From NCBI RefSeq assembly GCF_001194135.2, contig NC_068983.1, forward strand, positions 9,436,787-9,500,786: a stretch of 64,000 bases of DNA, given 5' to 3'. The notes below the pieces were generated by a model that saw nothing but the letters and a program-made list of their open reading frames with translations, had not been told where the DNA came from and searched no databases. How positions within the stretch are numbered: the stretch's first letter is position 1; every line of letters starts with the position of its first letter. The stretch is from Octopus bimaculoides (taxonomy: Eukaryota). Position numbers and translations under genes: made by a program. Of this stretch, positions 13,617 through 25,180 are shown piece after piece.

Positions 13617-13856
13617 AATATGTTGGCCTGGTAGTTCTTTTTAGGTAGGCATTGATCTTGGGCTGCTATGATAAACCCCTCTGTTTCTGATTTCAATCCA
13701 GAGGCCATTAACCATTGGTGGGTAAGGGCTTTGTCAATATCTGCATTATTCGCTCTCTTTGGGTATTTGCCATTGAGAGGTTTTCCATGCCATTTTTCAG
13801 TCATAATAGCTAAGGCAGCAATTTTAGCACGGGTTTTCAAGCGCTTAGCTTTTTCT

Positions 13857-13858
<2 letters not shown>
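13617..13858 (-). mobile_element. 5'-truncated R4/Dong-clade fragment (region upstream of the CCHC knuckle), 3' part lost in an N-gap
   Basis: Uninterrupted frame TEKAKRLKTRAKIAALAIMTEKWHGKPLNGKYPKRANNADIDKALTHQWLMASGLKSETEGFIIAAQDQCLPKKNYQANI. The GLKxETEGFIIAAQDQxL motif is an R4-clade hallmark. The 5' junction abuts (AAT)n at 13859-13935. Confidence 0.85.
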
Positions 13859-13923
<65 letters not shown>

Positions 13924-14424
13924 CATAATCATTATTATTCATTTTCTTTATTAAGTACAAGTATGTGTGTACTCATTATTATTTTATTCAATTTTATTCA
14001 ATTTTAGTAAAATCGAAGTATGTCTTTCACAATTCTAGAACGCATTGAACTTATTTTGTTTTCTAGAGTACACTATCATCACACACATCATAATTGTCTC
14101 AATCATAATCGCCAACAACCATCGCCAACAATCATCGCTCATCGTCTCCACCTTCATCAATGTTCTGTCCATATTGTCTCTTATAGGAATATGAAGCAAT
14201 CGCTTTAATCCATCATGTTTTCAGTAATGTGCACGTCCCTTGTGATATTATCCGTTAGTAACAAAGTAAATTATCGATCAATCATCAAATGATAGAACAA
14301 TAATTGAACGATCTATATATATGTATATGTATACGCAGACATGTGTGTGGGGGTCTGTGTGTATTAATATATCTATATATCTACATGTCTGTGTTTGTGT
14401 GTGGCTGGGTATGTGTGTTTGTGT

Positions 14425-14426
<2 letters not shown>

Positions 14427-14482
<56 letters not shown>
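14427..14482. repeat. (GATA)n microsatellite
   Basis: Direct reading. Confidence 0.95.
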
Positions 14483-14483
<1 letters not shown>

Positions 14484-14916
14484 TGATCCATGTTCTGTGT
14501 TGCGTTATCTAATCTAGAAGGACGTGATAGATTTGTTTTACCAGCGCATTTCAACATCGCATAAATCCTGTTATAAGTTGTGATAAGTTTACAATTTAAA
14601 ATATTCTCTATACGTGCCCCAGGCGCCTGATGATAGAAACCTCATCGCTTGCAAAGGGAGTACATCTCATTCTCCAATTTTTCTATTCTATTATTTTCTC
14701 AAGTGTTTCAATCAATGGAATAGATTATCAGCAACAAGTTTCTTTTTCTATTTTCTACATTTGATCATTTGAATCGATATACTTATTTCCGTCTGGTATT
14801 TATTTTATCGTTCCGTATCAGTTGAATCGCTTGCTAACATGACGGGAAACGTCACAGCACAAACAGCGACGCTAGTTTTTGACAATCGTAAGCATGACAA
14901 CATATATACACACAGT

Positions 14917-14952
<36 letters not shown>

Positions 14953-15179
14953 CATATCCAAACACTCATATACACACATACATACATGCGTGCATACATA
15001 CATACATACATACATACATACATACATACATACATGACGTTATGTTCACATATATTTTCGGATATGTTAATTTGACTGATATTTTCTGTATCCAAATCAG
15101 TTCACACAGCATAAATGATTGTCGATATTGTATGGTGCAATCATCAATTAAAGATGTGATTTCCTCCATTCTTAGTTTT

Positions 15180-15344
15180 TGTTATGCCGACGCCCCCAAG
15201 CGAAGAAGAAGGATTGCCCAAGACATATAAATAGGGGTAGCCTGGCCGTAGTGAGGGGGTTGAGTAGCTGTTGAGTAGCCGTCGTGTAACGGTTGAGTAG
15301 AGATCATCCGAAGGTGCTAGATAGCAGTAGCTTGAGACATAACG
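15180..15344 (+). mobile_element. 165-bp element (solo LTR or MITE), copy 1
   Basis: Termini TGTTATGCC...GACATAACG, 5-bp TSD GTTTT (15175-15179 and 15345-15349), internal TATAAATAG box. Colinear with 16166-16330. Confidence 0.7.
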
Positions 15345-15801
15345 GTTTTTTAATTTATACTCCGAATTTCTTGAAAAATCTTGTAAACGATTTTGGATTT
15401 ACTTGTCCTGCATGAGGAAGTACTTTGGATGTGTATTCTATTTGCACTTATTGGCATCTGATTTAACCAAACGCCTTTAACGCTGAGTATTGCTTAGACA
15501 GCTGCCTGGAAATTTTAATCCCTTTTACTTATCGTGTATATATATATATATATNNNNNNNNNNNNNNNNNNNNNNNNNNNNNNNNNNNNNNNNNNNNNNN
15601 NNNNNNNNNNNNNNNNNNNNNNNNNNNNNNNNNNNNNNNNNNNNNNNNNNNNNNNNNNNNNNNNNNNNNNNNNNNNNNNNNNNNNNNNNNNNNNNNNNNN
15701 NNNNNNNNNNNNNNNNNNNNNNNNNNNNNNATATCTATATATATATATATATGTATATAGACAAACACACACACACACACACAAATACATATATAAGGGG
15801 T

Positions 15802-16025
15802 TATAAGGGAAGTGCTGAAAAATTCTCGGCTTTGGGTGACAGAAACTGCTGGAGGATCAGTTAATTAAGATTCAATTCAACATATTCCACTCCCGAGGTT
15901 CACACATTAATTGCAGTGACCCTTCAGTTTTTCTAAGACCTGAACAGAACTCGGAAGGTTTGGCCTCCAAATAGGCTTTTGGTCATACCCTGAAAGCCAA
16001 GAACTTTTCAGCAACACCCTGTGTA
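15802..16025 (-). mobile_element. Internally deleted mariner (MITE-like) retaining transposase C-terminus
   Basis: TIR-like ends gtgctgaaaaattctcggcttt and aaagccaagaacttttcagcaacaccct. The minus strand encodes a degraded EAKPSEF..GL.KL...CN.CVNL..EYVE, a mariner C-terminus. Confidence 0.7.
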
Positions 16026-16165
16026 AATATATATCAGACGGGGTACTGAAAAGTTCCTAGATTTAAGGGTATCCTGAAAAGTATGTGTGTATGTACGCGC
16101 GCATGTATATATATGCGTACATTCATAGATACATACATGCCATACATACCTACATGCATGCATAC

Positions 16166-16330
16166 TGTTGTGTCGACGCCCCCAGGCGGAGAAGTAGGAT
16201 CTCCCATGACATATAAATAGAGGTAGTCTGGCCGTGGTAGAAGTGTTGAGTAGCAGTCGAACAGCAGTTGTGTAGCGGTTGAGAAGAGATCATCCGAAGG
16301 TGCTAGATAGCAGTAGCTTGAGACATAACA
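16166..16330 (+). mobile_element. 165-bp element (solo LTR or MITE), copy 2
   Basis: Termini TGTTGTGTC...GACATAACA (9-bp imperfect inverted repeat), 5-bp TSD CATAC (16161-16165 and 16331-16335), internal TATAAATAG box. Confidence 0.7.
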
Positions 16331-16355
16331 CATACATACATACATACATACAAAC

Positions 16356-16470
16356 ACTTTCCAGAAGTTTGTCATTTAAGTATACATGAGCATGTCTAGA
16401 TATACAAGTGTATGCATGAGAAGACATACATGAAACAAAACATACAAAACTACACGTATACATACATACA

Positions 16471-16504
<34 letters not shown>

Positions 16505-16592
16505 CATACAAAAATACGTTGTTGTTGATGTTGAAATTCCAATGAAGGAACCTTGGATCTAGGTTAGAAATCTTGAAATAAAACTGAATAAT
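16356..16592 (+). mobile_element. Short 3' end of the (CATA)n-associated RLE LINE
   Basis: Aligns with 18015-18259 (ctttccagaagttt..catgagcatgtctagat..(CATA)n..gatgttgaaattcca..ggatctaggttagaaa..gaaataaaactgaataat). Preceded by (CATA)n. Confidence 0.8.
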
Positions 16593-16671
16593 TACAGACA
16601 TATGGAATGCATTGCGAAAAACGGAAATAAAATCTAATAGGAAGGAATAAGTTGCAACTCTTTGTTCAAAG

Positions 16672-17031
16672 AAATACTGGTGGAACCTAAAACATAAAAA
16701 CTTACGACCAAATTAAAATACAACAGTAAAACCATTCTCTGTCATAGAAATCCGCTACTCTTTTGATGCCAATGTGTAAAGAAAAATCCTGAAAAGGAAT
16801 GTATTTACGGATTATTGATGAGAGTTTTCATCTCTAGTATCCAAGATACACACTCAGCATCATACCGTCATTGTTGGAGCTACAGGTTATATACCATCCC
16901 GCATAGAACAAGGCATAACTAAACTTGGATTTGTGAGGACAGGATGCAGCACTTTAATTGATTAGCCACTTATGGCTGCGATACCTAAAACCTTCAAAAT
17001 CTGTGAAACGTTCTTAAGATTCAATGGATGA
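16672..17031 (+). mobile_element. Degraded RLE-domain fragment of a non-LTR retrotransposon (R4-related)
   Basis: With frameshifts it reads KYWWNL...SVIEIRYSFDANV...EKECIYGLLMR...YPRYTLSIIP-VIVGATGYIP...KLGF...TFKICETFLRFNG*. Confidence 0.7.
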
Positions 17032-17034
17032 ACA

Positions 17035-18259
17035 CTTACACAAGCGACGATGACAGATTTTCTTTCTTTACAATATTGCCACCGGAAAGATGGCCATTCA
17101 AAAATAAACTACAAATTAGCAAAATTAGTTAACTTGGAAGGCAGCTCCTTGAGCAACATTCTTTGTCTGATAACCTAGAATACATGCCCAAAGAATTCGC
17201 ACGACTGTACTGCAACGTATCATCAGATGAAAGGATGAGCTTATATGAGCAGAAGACTATGCATGGATATGTTAGTAGAAAGGTTCGTGATGATAGTGAC
17301 ATCGATCATCAAAGTAGCTTATCATGGACCAATAACCAGATTACTACCTCCCACTTTGAAGGGTATGCGTTTGCAATCCAGGAACAGGAAATATCAATCA
17401 AGTATCTGATGCACAAAAGGGACAGAGATGCAGGAAAAGCCGGAAAATGAGACAACCGATGCAGACTTTGTAGAGTTCACACCGAAGATATCACCCACAT
17501 CATAAGTAGTGATCCGAAACTGTCACCACGGTATTATCTACCGATGGGACACGATGTAGCTAGGACGCTCTATAATGAAATGCGTCGGAAGGATAATCTT
17601 GAGGACAAAGAGGTAAGAACCCACGAAATGGTAAAAGCCATAACCACTCATAATAAAAAAGGAATCCTGGTGGAACGTACCGGTGAAGGCCTCAATAAAA
17701 TGTAAGCAACAACACATCAGATATAATGATTGTGGATAGAGGCGAGAAACTGTGCACAGTTGTGGAAAGTAGCTGCCCAGCGGATGTGAATATAAAGCTG
17801 AAGATCAGTGAAAAAGAGCAAACCTATTGCGAAATCTGCAGTTATTCTATCCAGATTACAAGTTCGTGTTTATACCTGTAATTATTGGGGCCCTGGAATA
17901 TGTAACACACTGCCTAAATACCAATCTTGAGAAATTAAGCTTCTCAAAATCAGAAAGGTGAAAGCAAATTCGAAAACTACAGATCTAATCTATCCCTGGA
18001 ACTGTAAAATCTAAAACTTTCCAGAAGTTTATCATTTAAATGTATATGAGCATGTCTAGATATGCAACTATATGCATGAAAATACATACATAAAACATAC
18101 ACATCCGCACATACATACATACATACATACATACATCCATGCATACATACATACATACAAAAAATACCCTGTTACTGATGTTGAAATTCCAGTGAAGGAT
18201 CTAGGTTAGAAACCGGCACTTTCCCTATTAGCAACAAATCTTGAAATAAACTGAATAAT
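17035..18259 (+). mobile_element. 5'-truncated ~1.2-kb R4-related RLE LINE (CCHC knuckle, RLE, 3'UTR with internal (CATA)n)
   Basis: ORF 17163-17450 (..HFEGYAFAIQEQEISIKYLMHKR..) continues as RCRLCRVHTEDITHIISS.PKLSPRYYLPM.HDVA...WWNVPVK...DIMIVDRGEKLCTVVESSCPADVNI...IPVIIGAL.YV...GTVK..KTFQKFII* (stop ~18039). Confidence 0.85.
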
Positions 18260-19049
18260 GACATACATATATACATAGTGTTTATTGATAACAGAAGCTA
18301 CCACTACACAATTCACACTACTGAGACGTGCGGTTAATACCAAACATTATCAAAAATATATTTTACTTTTCCGGCTAATAAAATATTGAATTTCAGGAAA
18401 CACACTTGTCCCCTTCTTACATTTTCGTTTAGGTGCTATTTATTTATTTATTTATTTATTTTCAATTTAAATCATTCATATCTTCTATTGGTATAATAAA
18501 ATACAGCCGTTACTTCAAGCGATATATTTGTATATTTAATGGGACGAAATATCATATTTTACATTCCTTATTATTCGTTTCTATGAATCCGATATGTTGT
18601 TTACCATATTTACTCAGAGTGTATCCTGCTATTATATAGTATATTAGTCTATATTTTAATTTTTAAATTTCATCCATACAACATTGACACTTCAAATACC
18701 ATCTCACCATAATTTCTGTATAAATTTTTTCACTGCAAATATTTTATGAGAATGCACTTGAAATTTAATCAGTTGGATACATGGATGTACAATACATACA
18801 TATATCAATTCATACATAAATAGATCCTTTATATACACATAATATATAGATGTGGTGGGGGGAACTTTACTGATATATACGGTCGTACATATATATATAT
18901 ATAATATATATANNNNNNNNNNNNNNNNNNNNNNNNNNNNNNNNNNNNNNNNNNNNNNNNNNNNNNNNNNNNNNNNNNNNNNNNNNNNNNNNNNNNNNNN
19001 NNNNNNNNNNNNNNNNNNNNNNNNNNNNNNNNNNNNNNNNNNNNNNNNN

Positions 19050-19096
<47 letters not shown>

Positions 19097-19464
19097 GTTT
19101 CAAGAACACTAGGCTTGCTTTGAAGTTTACGTAAATACGAAAAAATATTTTGTGCAAGTTCTTGAGAAATATTTTTGTTCAATTTATATCATGATAGACT
19201 TCAAATAGAAAAACAGTATTAAAAGGCCGTTTGCAAATTGATAACATTTCACGTATAGGGCTTATGTTATAACGTATGAAAACTCGCAAGATTCAGTTTC
19301 ATACTTTGTTTTTGTTTCGTTTTGTTGTTTTTCTTAAAAGTTAACCAGAAGTTACGTACAATTTGATATGACATTTTCGGTATAGTTTCATAAGTTTGAG
19401 TTTCTTATATAAATAATAAATTTCGGAAACTATGGCAGCATGCTATATATTTGAGATCGCTTTT

Positions 19465-19915
19465 CTTTTGCTTGTTTCAGTCGTTCGACTGCGGCCTTGT
19501 TGGGGCATCAGCTTGAATTGACCACAGAACTTATCGACCCGAGCCATACATCTAATTTGCCGTGTCCTGCGAGACTGGAACAAAAACCACGTGGCTGCTA
19601 AGTGAAATAATTTATTGGACAATGAATAAAACTCCGCAGTTATTCTTTTAAAATCTGGTAGTTATATCGGTGTCTTTTACCGAATCGCTAAGTTGCGGGT
19701 ACAAAAACAAACTAACACCGATTGTCGAGCGGTGGTTTGGGACAAACACGAAGACACACTCATACATATATATACCAGTGGCTTCTTTCAGTTTCCTTCT
19801 ACTAAATCTGCTCACAAGGCTAATGTCAACCAGGATTATAGTTGAAGACAACCTGCCTAAGTTGACACGCAATAGAATTGAACCCAGGCCTCTGTAGTAG
19901 GAAAGCAAACTTCTT
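19465..19915 (-). mobile_element. Diverged SINE-A with an internal ~110-bp insertion
   Basis: Blocks cttgtttcagtcgttcgactgcggcc, accgaatcgctaagtt and ggcttctttcagtttcc match SINE-A. Confidence 0.65.
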
Positions 19916-20229
19916 AAGGAAGTATAATCTCGTACATAGCTTCGGAGATCTCGAAAAGTAGCCGGCAAAACTCATATATCATTGACACGTGAAGTAAATT
20001 GTTCTTAACGATCCTACATCATGTCAATTTCTGAAGTATTAAAATTAAAATGAATAAAACATTCTTTCATTTAAAAACAATAATTTCTTCGTTCTTTTAT
20101 ATCATAACCACTTTTGAAAAAGAAATTATTGAAGAAATTTAATGAAAACAGCGTATAAAATTGATAAAAATCAAGAAATATTCACTCATATTATATTGAT
20201 ATAGTCGGAATGCTTAATAAAATGTGTAT

Positions 20230-20314
<85 letters not shown>

Positions 20315-21307
20315 TACTGTATCTATGTATGCAAGTATATTTATATATATTTTGCGCACATACGCTCAATTAAAACACGCATGAGCCATTATGTATTCGA
20401 TGTTTCTTGTCCCAACGTCCAGTTGTTTTAATCGAAAATCTGCATTTAAATCTGCATCTATAAATACGTATTCTAATCAATAACGATAAGGAAGTACCAC
20501 TAGTTATGTCTATTTTTCAAACTTCCATCCATCCTCTATCATGATCATGTCAAATATGTATCTCTCACTAAACCAATAAGAATAATCCATAGATTTTATT
20601 TTTAGTCTGCTTTATTTTATTTTAATGTTTTAACTATCATTTTTATTTTATTTTATTTTAGTTTAGTTTAGTTTAAATTTTTCCATACTTTATCTTTTAA
20701 TTCATCATCTGTTTCCTAATAAAGTATATAGCATATTCATAAATATTAAATCAATCAAATTAAATTTAACTTTTAACCCACTAATACTCTACACTTCCCT
20801 TAAAAGTTAAAATGATTAGATAATTTGCATGACATCCATATGAACCGTGACGAAATCCTACCACAATATAGTTAGAATGTGACAACTTTCTTTGCATTAA
20901 ACAAAATGCTTGGAAATTCCCATGAATCAGATGATAGGACTGAAACAGATGTGTTGGTTCTTTTTTATCTTAATTTAATTTTCTTTGGGTTTTAAACTTC
21001 CAATCAATTTACTTCTACTGTTTTTTTTTTTAATGCAACTTTTTATAACATACAAATAAATTATTAATTACATCCATTTATCCTCCATTTTCTTCTTGTT
21101 TTCCCTCAATATTAATAACTTCAATGATCTTGAACATATACCAATGATTTTCGCACTATATGATAACAATTAAACCAGAGGAATACTTTGGATTATATAA
21201 TCCTTAATGAGAACATGACTTCTGGAATTAACTGTGTGTGTATATATATGTGTGTGTGTGTGCTTGTGTGTGTGTATGTGTGTGTGTGTGTGTGTGTGTG
21301 CGTGTGT

Positions 21308-21353
<46 letters not shown>

Positions 21354-21363
21354 CAATAAATCT

Positions 21364-21590
21364 CAGGGTAGCAAAAAGATTTAGAATTTCTATTTGCTCC
21401 CAGTGGTCTAGCGAGAAGAAAAAAACTAGTCAATAGACTATATATTATTCATATAAATATATACAGTGTACATTTAAACACATAAAAGAGATGTCCATAA
21501 TAGGACATCTAACCCGCTAGAAGGAGCAGTGAAACTCCAAACCCCAATTAGGTATAATTTCGAAAGGAATTAAAAATAAAAACATTTACC
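21364..21590 (+). mobile_element. Half copy of the foldback element at 42168-42495
   Basis: cagggtagcaaaa..ccagtggtctagc..gtcaatagac..gtgtacatttaaacac..gctagaagg..tttcgaaaggaat..aaaataaaaacat matches the reverse complement of 42297-42495. Confidence 0.65.
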
Positions 21591-21752
21591 ATCTATTTCC
21601 TGAACCAAGGTTTCAAGCTATTTTCAACAAAATAAATAATTTGCTAGGCCAGCTATCATCAGCAGGAAAGCCAAGATTAACACATAAATACGAGGCAATG
21701 CATAGAACATGCCTCGTGCTTATATGTTGTAATTTTTCATATCTATCATGCA

Positions 21753-21889
21753 TGTGTGGTTTTCTTATCGGCAGCAAATACCAAAAATGCCTATTTCTTC
21801 CAGAAATTAACCAAAAAATCATTATATCATTATTAATAAATCTCATGATCGGCATTTTTTGTATTTGCTGCCGATAAGAAAACCGCACA
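21753..21889. mobile_element. 137-bp inverted-repeat element (putative MITE)
   Basis: 39-bp arms tgtgtggttttcttatcggcagcaaataccaaaaatgcc and ggcattttttgtatttgctgccgataagaaaaccgcaca with 2 mismatches. No TSD seen. Confidence 0.6.
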
Positions 21890-22351
21890 CTTTTATCACT
21901 CTCAGTACGTCCTCGGATTGCACTGTCTTCAGATTGACAGAGATGATTATTGAACAAGAACAGTCAACATCGACCTATGACGGGCAGCCGAAGAAGATAC
22001 ACACAAATACACACACACGCACGCACACACAAACATATATATATATGTCTACATCTATCTATATATCTGCATACATATATATATATTGATAGATGTAGAC
22101 ATATATANNNNNNNNNNNNNNNNNNNNNNNNNNNNNNNNNNNNNNNNNNNNNNNNNNNNNNNNNNNNNNNNNNNNNNNNNNNNNNNNNNNNNNNNNNNNN
22201 NNNNNNNNNNNNNNNNNNNNNNNNNNNNNNNNNNNNNNNNNNNNNNNNNNNNNNNNNNNNNNNNNNNNNNNNNNNNNNNNNNNNNNNNNNNNNNNNNNNN
22301 NNNNNNNNNNNNNNNNNNNNNNNNNNNNNNNNNNNNNNNNNNNNNNNNNNN

Positions 22352-22425
22352 TCATGAACTTATCGATGAACATCCACTATCACATATCTATATGTGATAG
22401 TGGATTTTCATCGATGAGCTCATGA
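22352..22425. repeat. 74-bp near-perfect palindrome adjacent to an N-gap
   Basis: 36-bp arms with 3 mismatches around a 2-nt loop (tcatgaacttatcgatgaacatccactatcacatat-ct-atatgtgatagtggattttcatcgatgagctcatga). Confidence 0.8.
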
Positions 22426-23932
22426 AACTTGGTTCTTTTCCCTAAAAGTATATATTTATATATATTTTAATCTGTAAAGCTCAATTTAATTTCATTTTTT
22501 TATAAATTGATTTTAATTGAGTTTTTACCTGTAATTTTGGATTTTGTCCCTAATATTAATATATATATATATACACACACAACACACACACATATATATG
22601 TACGCAAATGCACAACGCATGCGCATGCAAACGTGCAAATCAACTTAATATCAAACACACGCCATCAAATCGCTGATATCAAGCAATTCAAGACATTAAT
22701 TTATTGGTTGGATCCATGGAAAATCCGCTTTTTATAGAATTTTTATATTAATATTTTGATGCATAAATATTTACCTCTTGAGAAAGTCATTTCATTTTGT
22801 TAGATTTGCTTCTGTTAATGACATGACAACAGATTTAACTTATTGAAAAATATAGATGTAGCTAACTTTATAGATTTATTAATAATATCGTAATATTTAG
22901 CATAACTCTGTATAACCCGGTTAGGCTTCCTATTATATACATACGAATCTATCTCTCTGTCTATTTGCATATATATGTCCTTAAATATTTACCTAGCATA
23001 CTATTCCTCCAATTACCATTTTACCTATTCATGTTCGATATCTAGACCCATTTATCAAACGTTTCTGTTGACATTCTCTTCGATATTGGAATATCAGGAA
23101 TATTGGAATATCTTCTATATTGGAACTGTAAAAATACTGCACGTTCGTGCTGAATCATACAAGATTCTTATCCGTTGATTCAGTCTTACCTTTTTCTGTT
23201 ATTTCCTGTCTCCGATATTCTCTAATCCTTTGATTGCATCATCTCTTTCTTTTTCTCCGTGCTGTGTGTCTTCTTTCTCGTTTCGTTGCGAAGTTTGTTT
23301 AAACGTGAAGTAAGAATAAAATAAGTAGTGCAGAAAATTCGCTGAAGTGTAAAAAGATAATAAAAGATTAAAAGAAGCTGTAATGCTATCATTGCTGCTT
23401 CATTGCTGGCGTTATGTGAATTAACAACTAATAGTACAAATAGGGTTATTTCACTTTCAAATCGTAGCGCAACATACGAACACATGCCGTGTTTTTCCTA
23501 CTCTCATATAAATAAGACGTAACGATATCATTTGTTGCAAATTCAAATAAAAGACAACGCTAAGCTTTTGATCCCCACCGTCTATACTTTGTATGGCCAA
23601 ATATAATGAACTTAGAGTTTGGCACAGGAATAGATGCAAAGTTCAAAAGTTTACTTGGTAACAATGTGATTCCATCTTGATCCCAACGTGTGGCACTTTT
23701 GTTAAGAGTCTTATTTCATAGTCTTGAAATATCTAATGCCTTCTGAGTGAAAGCGATGGGCGGAAACCATGAATGCGTGTTCGTGTACATACACACATGC
23801 ATGCATACATACATTCATACATGCATGCACACATGCATGCACATATGCATACACACATACATGTATGCACATTACATACATACGTGCCTACATACGTACA
23901 TATATACATACATACATACATACATACATACA

Positions 23933-24157
23933 TGGAGAATCTGGATAAAGTGCGATTTTCAGAAAAAGAAATTGACCGGCTTGTTCATACACCACATGTC
24001 CAATCTGTGAGTGGAACAGTAAAAATATGCAAGACTTTCGCAAGTTCGAAATGTGAATATGTCTGTGTTAATTACATCTCAAAAATGAAGCCTCGTATGT
24101 GTGTCGGAAATCGGCTCTCTCCTGAATGGAAGATTTATAATAATTAAAAAATAGAAG
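23933..24157 (+). mobile_element. 3' end of an R4-related RLE LINE inside a (CATA)n tract
   Basis: Encodes MENLDKVRFSEKEIDRLVHTPHVQSVSGTVKICKTF, homologous to the end of 17035-18259 and 16672-17031. (CATA)n on both flanks. Confidence 0.7.
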
Positions 24158-24399
24158 ACATATGTACGTACATACATACATACATACATACATGTGTATG
24201 CATAACTATCTTTCGACGCAGTGTTATAATAAAACATGTGAACACGGTACGTAAAAAGTCGTTGTTCGACGAACAGCGTTATTGTTTATATTTCTTCTGC
24301 AGAGATTTATAGACACACATTTGTTAATTTCGCCGTTAGAAATCTTGCGAGAAATGGCTTAGCCTCATTTAGAAACGTGCGGCCAGCAATGATTTTGTT

Positions 24400-24800
24400 C
24401 GGCATAGATATGCTAGGGCATCGGAAGTAGGCTCATACATTTGGACGCATGACAAGATCCTTACAGAAATTGCTAAATGGACAGACTTGCTGAGATTTAA
24501 GACCAACAGACATCAGATATTAACACTCAAGGATATCAGATTCCCAAGGGCGGCAGACAGGGCTTTCAAGACAAAAGCAATTATGGGGAAACCGCTTTCC
24601 ATTTTGCGTCAAGTCACAACCTAGAAATACATGTAGATATGAAGGGTTGACTCGTCTTCAGAGGTAGTTGACGTTATCATTACGCCAACGAGGCTTCTCC
24701 TTGCTACCCTGGAATACAAAAAACAAGAGTCGTGTTTGAACAGAGAATGTCCTGGGAGGACAAAGTTTGCATTTTCCAGCAACTGGAGAAACCCAAATAC
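24400..24800 (+). mobile_element. Degraded HERO-like RLE LINE fragment, interrupted by SINE-A
   Basis: With frameshifts it reads YIWTHDKILTEIAKW...IRFPRAA...LSILRQ..NLEIHVDMKG.LVF.EVV...TRVVFEQRMSWEDK...KPKY, resembling the HERO pattern Y.WRHD.VL...LRVDL..QLKFP...VVL.ELTVPWED....KY. Confidence 0.6.
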
Positions 24801-24804
24801 CAGT

Positions 24805-25180
24805 ACTCTTTTACTTGTTTCAGTCATTTGGCTGCGGCCATGCTGGAGCACCGCCTTTAGTCGAGCAAATCGAGCCCCAGGACTTATTCTTTGTAAGCCT
24901 AGTACTTATTCTATCGGTCTCTTTTGCCGAACCGCCATGTTACGGGGACGTAAACACACCAGCATCGATTGTCAAGCGATGTTGGGGGGGGACACAGACA
25001 CACAAACACACATATACGACGGGCTTCTTTCAGTTTCTGTCTACCAAATCCACTCACAAGGCTTTGGTCGGCCCGAAGCTATAGTAGAAGACACTTGCCC
25101 AAGGTGCCACGCAGTGGGACTGAACCCGGAACCATGTGGTTGGTAAGCAAGCTACTTACCACACAGCCACTCCTACGCCT
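24805..25180 (-). mobile_element. Full-length tRNA-headed SINE family A
   Basis: Minus-strand head AGGCGTAGGAGTGGCTGTGTGGTAAG (A box) and GGTTCAGTCCC (B box), internal CA tract, tail ending (AAAGAGT)n-like. Multiple near-identical copies in the window. Confidence 0.9.

Noticed and set aside
14611-14640. CTGATGA..GAAAC hammerhead-like core
   Set aside because: Only 2 nt lie between the core boxes, and no stem I/III pairing or NUH site could be built.
15180-16330. Single LTR retroelement or TRIM with two 165-bp LTRs
   Set aside because: Each repeat has its own distinct 5-bp TSD, and the intervening DNA is microsatellite, gap and mariner, with no PBS or PPT seen.
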